NCBI RefSeq assembly: GCF_964204645.1 | Contig: NC_134027.1 | Coordinates: 5,736,485 to 5,800,484 of the forward strand | Length of the DNA stretch: 64,000 nt | Direction: 5' to 3' | DNA from: Tubulanus polymorphus | Lineage: Eukaryota > Animalia > Nemertea | Shown: piece after piece, positions 29,887-61,300 of the stretch | Layout of the letters: each line of letters begins with the position of its first letter | How positions within the stretch are numbered: the stretch's first letter is position 1 | The notes under the pieces: generated by a model | Told to the model about the DNA's origin: nothing | What the model saw: only the letters and a program-made list of their open reading frames with translations | The model's database searches: none | Position numbers and translations under genes: made by a program

Positions 29887-31254
29887 CGAACTATTAATTT
29901 AAACGCGAATCATGTGTCATTCATTCATTCTGTTCGAGCATTTGTAACATTTGTAAATAGAAAAACCGCATTCTGGTATTTTACATGTAATAAATTTTTT
30001 ATATGAAAATTAGATGCATGTGTTGTTGTATGTGGTGGATTTTGCTGAGGGGAATTAAGCTAGCATGACAAAGTAGTTGAGTCTGTTACTTGTTGCCACT
30101 TATGGAAAAGGTTTCTCGGGCACAGACCACCATTTCTCTGTGAAATTCTTTTTGCGGCTGCTGTGACAAATTCTTGTCCAGTTTTTTATTGCCACATAAA
30201 AAAGTTCAGTTTTCTTTCAATTAATCCTGTGACATGTAAGTCATCCTTAGGAATTTAAAAGATAATAGTTTTTCAAAGCAGATAAAGTATTTTCGTCGAT
30301 ACAATTATTCAAATGAACTAGCTCGAAATGATGAATGAAATTTGACATCCTCGCATACCACAGTAAGATAATGAGACTGTTAGATCTCAGCCGTTCAGTG
30401 CTGCCCCTGTTGTTAACGATAGCGGATTTTCTGTAAACTAGCAAATATTTACCGCCAGAATACAAATTTCCTTATTACGTACAATATACGGACCTATGTG
30501 GCGCCCAATTCTAACAAACTATGAATCTGAATGATATTTCCATACTTTTTGAGGTATTCTATTCTTGGTAAAACTCTTATTACTTATCAATCAATTATCA
30601 TTTATGTACATGTTTTCACTAACATCGTAGATTCATTTATCAAAAAATATGTAGAATACTCGCACAAAAAAATAGAAATACTCCGAAACATATTCACTCT
30701 TTCATACCTTTTTCTTTTACAAACTGCCATTCGAGTAGTTTCAACAATTAATAAACCTACTAAATCAAGTAGGTCATGATCATGGTCCATGAAGTCAGTT
30801 CTGGACGTCATTAACAACCAACCTTGTAGATTTAGACTGATCAATTTAAATCCAAAATGCATAGAATGGACAGTCGAATTAAAGTGAAAATGTATTGTAA
30901 ATTATCAAATATTTTATTTACATCAAACTACTCATTTCATCTTCATTGTGCGACAATTATGCCATGAGCCTCACATTTCCATACACCGAATCTTTCATAT
31001 TTCCATGTACACGAACAGCAATAGTCAAAATTAACAAAACAAAGAAGTATCTATTAATACAAGTTGTTTATATTGAACACATTTGAGTAGACAGACAAAT
31101 GACAAAAGCATCATACGAATCTATCAGACTGACCAAAATATGACTTCCATTAATCTTATATTCAGTTTTAGAAAAATAATGCCATCGATCGGCATGACTG
31201 AAAATCATATTCACAGCGTATTAAGAAGGATAACAAAAAAATACGTAGTTAGAT

Positions 31255-39113
<7,859 letters not shown>

Positions 39114-39899
39114 TATGGTGCTTTAATGCAAAAAATAATACGCCAATTCACCGGATCCGGAACAGGTTACCAATATGGCGGGATGGCTTGGTGTACAATT
39201 GGGTTCGAATCCCACTTAGATGAACTTCTTTTGCGCGGATGTAATCCTTATAGTTAGTCACTTTTGTTCTAAATTCATAAGCCCGAATAGCGAAATGAAT
39301 ATATCACGATCTTTTTCAAAGAGGATAATTTCAAAAGATTGATCGCTTTGACATTTACGCTTTTGTAATTTTGCCGATTCACGATACGTGGCGCTCTTTT
39401 CACTTTCAATCGATCTCGTGAGAGAACACGACGTATGGTAAGGCTCTTGTTATGATGCTACTGAAACACTTCAATCTATTTGGGAAGCAATCACCGATTG
39501 TGAATTTTCTCACCACAGCCTCTAAAATGATATTGCTTTAGTGAAAAAGTTTCTGTAAAAACAATTTAGAACAACCACTTGGAAGGAAGTTACGCCTATA
39601 CCGCTCGACGCCCACCAGACCGGTTTTTAAGAAACTAATTGTATCATCGGCGCGAATTTCAAACTGTTTTTACCATACGGTATATATCTATCACTCGAGT
39701 AACAAATCATAATTTTTTAAACTTTTACTATAAAATCGTTGAATATTTTTCTAACAAAAACTATTCTGGTCAGCAATTCAAAAGTCAAAAAAACAAATTA
39801 AGACTTTTTTTGATAGAGTGATAATTTTCAAAAAAGAGAAAAGTTCGTCTGTTTAAATCATAATATGTCACCGAAAGACGTCTGCTTCTGGAACAACGC

Positions 39900-40023
39900 T
39901 AGTTTAGTTACCTAATTGTTGGTGGTAAGAAGGGATACCCCGGTACTCCTGGTTTGTGAAAATTCCGATCTGAACTAAACCACATAATATGTTAACGACT
40001 AAGAACAACGGCTAGGTAGACTA
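39900..40023. mobile_element. MITE-like hairpin element overlapping the MTAP promoter / first non-coding exon
   Basis: TAGTTTAGTTACCTAATTGTTG ... AACAACGGCTAGGTAGACTA; same right end as the element at 19555-19625. Confidence 0.4.
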
Positions 40024-40094
40024 CGCCGGCCGTGGTAAGTTTGGTTTTGATAATCGTTTTACAAGTGAACCGAACGTTCTCTTTTCGTTTTCAG

Positions 40095-41042
40095 ATGACT
40101 GGCGTTAAAATTGGAATCATCGGTGGAACGGGTTTAGACGACCCGTCGGTTCTTGAAAGCCGCCAAGAGTTAACCGTTTCAACGCCGTTCGGGAACCCGT
40201 CGGACGTGCTAATAACCGGTACAATTAGCGGTGTACAATGCGTTTTATTGGCAAGGCACGGTAGGAAACATAGTGTATTGCCCACCGATGTCAACTACCG
40301 GGCTAATATTTGGGCGCTGAAACAACAAGGATGTACACACCTGCTCGTCACAACAGCATGCGGTTCCCTGCAGGTTAAACCACTGCTATGTTTTAAAAAT
40401 CTATATATCGCGATTACAATCGTTCACGAATCAGATTTGAAAAATATATATAAGCAATGCAATTTCATTGTAGAATTTAATCATTTGCAGAAAGAAATGG
40501 TCCCTAAAGATATAGTTGTTTTGGATCAGTTCATCGATCGTACGACCAAACGACAGCAAACGTTCTACGACGGAAAACCCGGTAGCCCAGCCGGGATTCT
40601 TCATATACCGATGGCGGAACCTTTCTGCCCTCAAACGAGAGCTATTTTGAGTAAATCTGCCGATGAGCTCGGTGTTAAAACGCACCCTTCCGGTACTATG
40701 GTGACCATTGAAGGGCCTCGTTTTTCATCGAAAGCCGAGAGCAAATTGTTTCATAGTTGGGGTGCCGATTGTATCAATATGACCACGGTACCAGAAGTTG
40801 TTTTAGCGCAGGAGGCTGGTATTCGTTACGGCGCTTTAGGACTGGTAACCGACTACGACTCGTGGATGGATGATATTCCACACGTCGATGTTCAGAGCGT
40901 CCTGACTGTGGTTAAAACTAACGCAAAACACGGTCTCGATATTATCAAAAATGCAATTCCAAAAATAGCTGCTGAAGATTGGTCAGAAACTATTCAACAA
41001 CATTCCGATATGGTAAAATGTAGCACAATGTTACCCCATTAG
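40095..41042 (+). CDS. MTAP: S-methyl-5'-thioadenosine phosphorylase (exons 40095-40373, 40491-41042)
   Basis: [81 protein letters not shown]. Confidence 0.97.
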   Translation: MTGVKIGIIGGTGLDDPSVLESRQELTVSTPFGNPSDVLITGTISGVQCVLLARHGRKHSVLPTDVNYRANIWALKQQGCTHLLVTTACGSLQVKPLLCFKNLYIAITIVHESDLKNIYKQCNFIVEFNHLQKEMVPKDIVVLDQFIDRTTKRQQTFYDGKPGSPAGILHIPMAEPFCPQTRAILSKSADELGVKTHPSGTMVTIEGPRFSSKAESKLFHSWGADCINMTTVPEVVLAQEAGIRYGALGLVTDYDSWMDDIPHVDVQSVLTVVKTNAKHGLDIIKNAIPKIAAEDWSETIQQHSDMVKCSTMLPH

Positions 41043-42130
41043 TTATTGCGCGTAGATAGATATTTTTGAGGATTGAGAATCCTTTCAATGTGAGTATTCG
41101 ATCCGATTTCGCCAGTCATTGTCTATAAAATACATATATTACCCACCACACAGCTGCGATGTTCTGATCCGATATTCTGTAGCAGATGGCTCTTTGAATT
41201 GTCAAAGGGTTAATCTTGAATATAAATCACGAGAAATTTGTACAAATACACAGCTGATTTAAATGATAAATAAATTATTTTTGCAGTTTTAATTGTGTAA
41301 GCTACTCGCCGGAGTGTTTTAGAAATTAATAATAATAATGATAATAGTAAAATAGATAATATCAATATTAATATTATTAATTGATATTGTAAATATTGTA
41401 GTCAATTTTAATTTTGCTGCCTTTGGATAACGTTCTTTTTAAATCATCATTAAACGTACCGTACATTGTATTTCTGATTGCCAGATCATTCGTATCTTAT
41501 GCATGTAGACTGTTACTGATAGATGTAGCTGAAATAAAATATTTCGAGTTGAATGAAAACTTGTTAATAACTTGTTGTATCGATCATTGAGTGGAAATCG
41601 CGATGACTAGGAGAGTCACATGGAGGATGAATTACACATGGTACATATAAGACAGCGGCAAGGATTTCCTACAACCGTAATCGAGGTAATTAAATTTATC
41701 GGCGCATGAGCCAAATATTCCAACAACGCCCTTTTTCACCAAAGAGAAAATCAAGGAAACCTTTTTGCGTTTATCATTTCCTCTTTTATGTAAGCACGTC
41801 ATAAAATGACTGTTATAGGCTGCTTAACTGGAATAAATCTATATGGCACATTCATGGCCCTATGAATAAGTTATTTGGCTTTAATTGAAAATGGAGAGTG
41901 GTTTGCCGTATGTAAATATTTTCATGGATTTATGAAGATGAAGCTGCACGATGTCTGTTTCGTTGTTGCAGCGTCGTCGTGCCATTTCGAATGATATTTA
42001 CCCGCGGTTTGTTCAGTGCAGGCATTTTATCATATTCAAGTAAGTTAATGGAATTAAACCTCTCGTTAGAAAATACGTCACCTGGAATATCGGAATAAAA
42101 TCGGTGGCCGGTGTTTCATTGACGTTAGTC

Positions 42131-43238
42131 ATGTATTTTACACGGTCAGTTGTCTTGATAGTTCTATCACACATCGTGGTAGTTAATGGTTTGGAGATAC
42201 GGATGGCCGTTTTCACGAAACAAAATGTAGATCAACCAAAAACCTCGGGACCAGCCACACGCCACGCGAATTCCACGATAGAATGCGCGGTATTTTGTCA
42301 AATGGTGGTGAATTGTTCCGGATTTTCTTTTTCACCATACGACGGACTGTGCGTACCAGTAATCGGAGTTGGTCCTGACTCTCCGAACTACGTCAAGGTA
42401 TGATCTTTAAGTTGGCACGATGATACACTACTCGTAATTAAGAGTATCTTTCAGTCCATTTTAAAGCATTCTATTCGCGATCATCATCGAAAAAAAACAG
42501 AAATGTCTTAAGTTTAATTTTCACTAATGGTGTTTGCGTGTAACTAAAACAGACCACATCATTGTATATATGTACATCCAAACATGGCTCGTTCCTTGTC
42601 ATTTTTTTTAAGATTTGTGAAAATGATTGAATATCGTTTAATTACAGGACTCGCCCCCGTTGTATTATCCGATTGCAAATGAACTCAGCAGACCAGAAGC
42701 CGCAGAATTCTGCCGCGTAAATCACATGAACGGATATTTAGCATCGGCTCTAACAACTGAAGAGTGGAAAAAACTAATCATTTCAATAACCAATAATGGA
42801 TTTGCCACAGGTAATTTTACCATCGCTTCACGCTCTCGGGAAAGATCCATTTCTGCGATAAAACGTTTATATATACCATTTTGAATCTTACAATATCTGG
42901 GGTTGGTTCGGCCAAAGAAAACAGAACCTAAAGAATTCATTCATAAAATCAACATCAAAATATCAACGCCCATATTGCGTTTTGTAATTTGCTGATAATA
43001 TGATGAAAATGTTGCAGGGCGTTTCTGGTTGGGATCATACGCAGTGCCGATCGGAGGACATGACAACCAGCGTTGGTTGAACGGAACGGGCCCATTTATT
43101 GACAGTAGTTTGTGGAATCCGAAAGATAGTTCAGGAACTGACTCTTTCTGTGCTGCAGTCGATATGGCGAAAAAATTACTGTACGACCGAAAATGTAACG
43201 GGAAATATATGTTCGTTTGCGAGATTAGAGACACTTAA
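42131..43238 (+). CDS. Secreted PAN/apple-like + C-type lectin domain protein (exons 42131-42397, 42648-42810, 43018-43238); possibly a pseudogene
   Basis: Signal-peptide-like N-terminus; STIECAVFCQMVVNCSGFSF...LC (PAN-like); EAAEFC...GYLAS...EEW, FWLG, QRWLNG, SSLW, FCAAV, LYDRKCNGKYMFVCE (CTLD). No EPN/QPD or WND motifs. Confidence 0.75.
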
Positions 43239-43645
43239 AGACGCCGGAGTTCCGATGAATTTGACAATGCTCGCGAACGCTTTAATTTGTGATAGCTCAG
43301 TGAATTTTGACATCTTGCATGCAATCGGTGAATTAAGGAAAGTGTTTTCTGTCTCTATCTTATACACTCAGCGTAATGCAAACCGCGCCCTATGTAAAAT
43401 AACAACAAAATCTAAATAAAAGTTCGAAGAGTTAATGAAATATTTCAGCTTAATGAATTGCTTTCACGCATCTCCAATACTTTCACGCATCTCCAGGACG
43501 CATCTCCGAATCTTGGACGATCAGACGCCCGGCAAAAGCGGAGTATGCCGCCCTGGACTAAGCCGTGTCGAGTACAGTCCTTGGGGCCTGGGAGCGACCA
43601 GTTAAAACCGAAGATAGTTGCTCGTTCCACAGCCCGAGAGTTACC

Positions 43646-43778
43646 CTGGGCCAAATTCGGTTTTCGTCAGTCGACTAACCGAATGCGCTTGATTCTCGGA
43701 ATATAGTTCCGGCTAACGGACATTCGGTTTCGTTTAGTTCGACTGTCGACTAACTCAGAAAACCGAAGGTTGCCCTGG
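43646..43778. mobile_element. Small palindromic MITE (hAT-like ends)
   Basis: CTGGGCCAAATTCGGTTTTC...GAAAACCGAAGGTTGCCCTGG inverted ends; AGTTACC direct repeat on both flanks. Confidence 0.55.
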
Positions 43779-44160
43779 AAGTTACCACATATACCCACTA
43801 GGGTTCGGGCAGTTTTTTAAATAAAACCATAATAAACAAAAAAAATAAAATAATTTTTTCATGCACCTCTCGATGGCAAAATCATCAACTGGTTGATGGT
43901 GGCCATAAATTGGTACGTAGAAGCGCCCACCGAAACCAAGTCGGAGCACTCCTATTGTAGACGTAGAGCTGGCTATCGTTTAGTCGCGTCCTCTACATAG
44001 CCGCCATCTTGAATCGGTTTTGCGAATACCAAGCAATTACACCGGCTTATAACCTTCTACATGTGCATGTGTACGACTGTACATGTACTGTTGACTGATT
44101 CAAATTCTGCCCACATGGCTCGTTGATCGTAGTGTTTTATCACTGTTGAATGAAGAAATC

Positions 44161-47777
<3,617 letters not shown>

Positions 47778-49361
47778 TACAAATTGTACATAGTGAAATA
47801 AATTTGGTGCTAAAATGAAGCTCATGTGTCGTTCCTCATTGTAAGGATCTTCAGTTTCTCAGGACATGCGTCTATGAACATAATTTTCCAAGTGAATTTC
47901 AATAGGATTTTCCTCTCCGATGTCTTCATCTGCAAGAACAATTTTCCACAGCCAAGTGTGTGGGGCTAGAACACGATGGCAGAGTCTCCGTCTATCAGAC
48001 CTAGGTTGTATAGGTTGCAGCCGCTACAAGTGAACAATGCACTTCAAGCTGTATTGTTCTAATTTTTTTTATTTTGCTATAACAATGAAACACATACAGT
48101 CATATAAAAGGAACCATTTTATAGTTGTATGTACATTCTGGCAGCCTAATGAACGGAATATAATCCAAACATTGCAATTTACAAAATAATTTTAGTAGAA
48201 CCGCTTAGCTTTGTATTAAGCTTTGATTCCAATTTCGATGATTTTTCACAAGATTCAGAATGAATTTCTTACTAACTACACAAATTTTACTGTCCATCTT
48301 GCAGATAAATTCACATGAATGTACATAAAAATGACAATAATTTTGATTCAACCATAATATAATTTATAACACTGTCTATCATAACATTATGAGGTCATTG
48401 ACATTCATTTCATTAACAATTTCAATATTTAACTAATTTTCATTGTTTTCATAGTCTACACCATTGAAAAATATATATATCAGTTATCTATATACAAGAT
48501 TTTAATTTATACATATATTAGTTTCATTTATATTTCTAATAAAGCATTGAGCCTATGATTTGATAAACATTGCTTAACTCAGATTCACTGCATTTGAAAC
48601 ATCGTTGAATGTGAACTTGATGACAAGATTTTTTGCTCCCACCTGAATTAAGCAATGTTTACCCAATTAAGATAATTTCATTTCCACATATTTCATATTC
48701 ATTTGTCCTGAAATACAACTGACATGCTGCTGCTACTGCTGCAAATACTTCATCTACAGGTAAACAGTACACAGTAATATGTATAAGACTATTTGAATAT
48801 GGGCTGAAACATATGAAACAGAAAAACATTCATCATATTTGATCGGGTTCTTACTTCAAAATTATCAAGAAAAATAATTTCGACCATTCTAAGTGAAGAG
48901 ATTGGAATGACGACATTTTAATCACAATTTACCCAGAAAAATTTATAACTCCATATAATGTTAACAATCCATCAAAGGTCCATAACATGTATTTTTTGAA
49001 GTTCATTCATTTCCGTTGCAATATTTTCAATTGAATTTTTTTATCCCTTCATGCACTTTTTGAAGCATTATATACAAAGAAGGCCTCAAAGACCTTTTGA
49101 TTTCTCGTAAACCCTCCAACTAATGCAATGATCCTTTCAGCATTACGAGTTCAAGTCATTGGTAACGTTGATAGCATGTGATATGTATATAGAATAGGAA
49201 CTTTTATCGGCCAATGGCTCCATAGATTAAATGCGGAACTAATGCACATAAAATCGTGCAACGTTTTGAAGGATCTCTTGTAAACCGGTGGTTAGTACTC
49301 AGTAAGAACCCTTGCATACATACATACATACATCGGACAACATCTATGAAAGGAGGTATAG

Positions 49362-57952
<8,591 letters not shown>

Positions 57953-58247
57953 CTATAGATTAAAATATGTTCAAAAATAGAGTTAAGTTTAAGCTGAATT
58001 AAATTGTCTCTCTGTTATCTCATTGAATTTTGGTCTATATATTTCAATTGTAATTTAATCATATTAAACCTATAGTTAACTTCAACTTATGAATATGATA
58101 AAATCTAATGAATTTATCTATCATGAATCAAGTAGTCAACAAATGTCAACAAATGATTGAGAAGCACAGTTTCGTAATTGATCAAAGAGAGAAAAAAGTG
58201 AGGGATGTTTATCAGAACAATGGGATCAGTGTGTATTCAGTGTAGTT

Positions 58248-58378
58248 TTGAAACCCTGTTATACGTGGATATCGAATTTCCAACTGAGCGAATTGAAATC
58301 TGAATATACAATCCTTCTATGGTTGAAAGTCGGAATTTCTCAGAAAAAATTACCATCGATCACATAACAAGGTTTCAA
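58248..58378. mobile_element. Small inverted-repeat element (MITE remnant)
   Basis: TTGAAACCCTGTTATACGTG ... CACATAACAAGGTTTCAA inverted ends. Confidence 0.4.
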
Positions 58379-61300
58379 GTTTGTGTTCGAATTCAGAAGC
58401 TTATACATATTTCTAACTAATACAGGTGTCCACTACTCGGTCCTAACATAGAGATATAATAACCTATACGTAAATAAATGTTATATCTCCACGGAAAAAC
58501 GACGAGGCCTTTTAGACTATATAAGCAGTGTCGAGTAGGTCTCGTTGCTAGATGCTGGATGGAAGAACAGCTCAGAAAAATGCAATAATCCATATTTCAT
58601 CATAAAACATCGATTCAATTAATGTTTGAACGGCAAAACTTCAGTCACTGAAACAGTCATCTCTACAGGGACAATAGAGCAGAGAGAGAGAGAGCGAGCC
58701 TCTTGATGATTAATAGCATTAAAATTATCTGAAAACTCGTTTATCAGTCAGATGAAAGAACTATGCGTAGCGACACTTTCAAATCAGGAAACTACAGCGT
58801 CGAATAGACGGTTTGGAAAAAACTCAGCACCTTGGCACATATCAGGAGCGGGTTCCATAGCCGTGGCTTAGACTTCAATCTAAGTTCTGTAGCCGATCTA
58901 ACAACTTGAGACACGTCCTAAAATTCAAGACAACTTTTGGACTGTAATTGACAACAGCGGCCTACGATCGGTGATGTTTACGTATTACGACTGTTTCCGT
59001 TCTACCGAAGCGGTATTCACGGATTAGCTGGCGATGTATCTGAATGTGTGACAATTCGGATCCCGCTGATAACAAGTTGATCAATAGAAAGCAGATGAAC
59101 TTCAACGTCTCAGCGTAAATAACCCGGCTACGTTCGCTGAATAATACCAAACATCATTCACTGATCGATCGACATCAAACGAAAGCAAATTCAGATGATT
59201 CACACAAACTTATGCTACAAGAATATAATTGTCATCTCAATGCAGCAGCTCGTTAACATATTTTGGTCAATTTCTATATAGGGTAGATTGAAAATCAAAA
59301 TCGATCTTAATATATTCTAATGCCTTTTTGTCCATGCATGGAAACGTCTGTTAATGCACTAGGCAATTCATGCAGAAAATGCAGGTATATTGACCAATAC
59401 TAATTATAGATGCTGGAACAACTAATTAATGACGCATAGGAAGGAACAAATACTGAATCTGCAAACTAATCACATAACCAAATAGAGAAAGCTTCACTCT
59501 CCTTTCTATTGGTTTGTATTAACGCCAATCCAACCATGCTCATCCCAAATGAAGACTTATCGAGACTACTAGACACGCGTGCAATCGGATGTTACCGGCA
59601 CTCGCGGGTAAGATAAGATTTCTTACGAAACGAATCATCTAAAATTTCTGTACAAACAAATTTCCAGCGCGAAATCCTCGAGGAATTTCTCTCGCAAAAA
59701 GAAATAAGTCAATTACGGTTCATACGCCGAGCATTACAGCCGGCGTCAACGGGGTTGATATAAAATCATCACCATGGTCTATAGCTCTCTAGAGAAATAG
59801 GGAGAACCATTTGGGCTAATCATGGCCGTCCACGTACATTAATCTCAGATATCAATCACACACCGAACACATCGTAAAGAGCACCAACCATTTTGGCCAT
59901 TTACGTTACCATGGTTACAATATCGGCGTCGATGCGTAAGAAAATTCAATCTTTAATTCGATCTCAAAACAATGTGAGTAGATAAAACCTGGTAGCCCGG
60001 CGCAAGGCGAACAACATGACATCCACAGGGAAATCGTGGTTATCATATACGAAGTTGGAGCCGAATATGATATCATTCATACAACACAGACCAAACTACC
60101 CAGGTGTCTTCCTTTGCAGTAGTTTTCAGCGCAACTGATAGTAATTATTCATTGAAAATAGTAATTCAATTGGATTAGAATTCATTCCGTCCGATTTTCA
60201 GAGTCATTTGATAAGTTTGATAGTTATCGAGCTCGCAAAAGAGTAATAACTACTCGTAATGCAAGTCAGGTCTGTGTAACACCTCATGTTACCATCATTT
60301 TCACCTTGGATACGCAATAAATGAATGTAAAAAGAAACTGGATCACAGCTACGTCCATCTTGTTCTAATGCATATAATCAATGTAGATTTCTTTCGGCAT
60401 TTGACATGTTTTAGCCCTTAGATTAACAACCTCTCGGCAGTAATTCTCGTATAACGTTCAATGTTTGATGGATGTGCCTGTGCGCCTCCGTTAGACAGGT
60501 TTTAATGCAAATATCTAACTTGATCGCTGCCATTATAGAAATGATATCCGGGCGGCGGTGGCGTGATGGTGACACTAATGAATACATAGAAGAATTTTGA
60601 AAAAAATACGAATGTGATGGGAGCAAGAAAAAATAAATTCCATAATGTATCAGTCAGGATCTATGACATAGTCTCTTAACGAGATCCTAGAAGGTTCTCG
60701 ACCATCTTCTTCTACAGTAGAATTCACTTCATACTAATGACTAGGCAGGGTCTGCCAGATTTCTCCAAATTAAGTAATCTGACTTATGAATAATAGTTTA
60801 CATGGCTCCAGGATAAATGAACCAAATATTTCATCCCAATCAAGTGAAAATCCGGATTTAAAAAATGTAAAAAAAGTGAGTTCTACTGAATAATGTTTAC
60901 AGATAAAATAGAGCTAAGCATGTAGTTAACAGATAATGTCAAAGCTCTATTGTGAAAGTGAAGCCATTTCTTATTGTACATTCAAGGGCGAATCTAGGAT
61001 TCTCTTTAGGACCTTGAAATTTGCTCTTAATTCAAAAAGGGCAGATTTGGCAATGCGAGGGCTGCAAACAAAACATTGGTGGGGTTCTGGTCTCCTTTCC
61101 ATAGAAAATTTAGGACAAACTTGCTTTTCTTTCCCTCATCAGACCCCATTTGGATTCAGAGAACTCAAGACTATTTCGTCCACCACAACCAAGAAACCGA
61201 AAACCAAATGTGTACAATAAAAAAGGCCGAATGTAGACTTTACAAATTTGCAAGGCATCCACTACAAGCATGGTGTACATGCAATCTGAGATACAACAAT

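Noticed and set aside
42628-42630. In-frame TGA as selenocysteine
   Set aside because: It aligns with the conserved Trp of the CTLD start rather than a Cys, it is followed by a frameshift, and I saw no SECIS.
43445-43706. Overlapping ORFs in the GC-rich patch downstream of the lectin gene
   Set aside because: No recognisable motifs or splice context; they overlap a MITE and short direct repeats.
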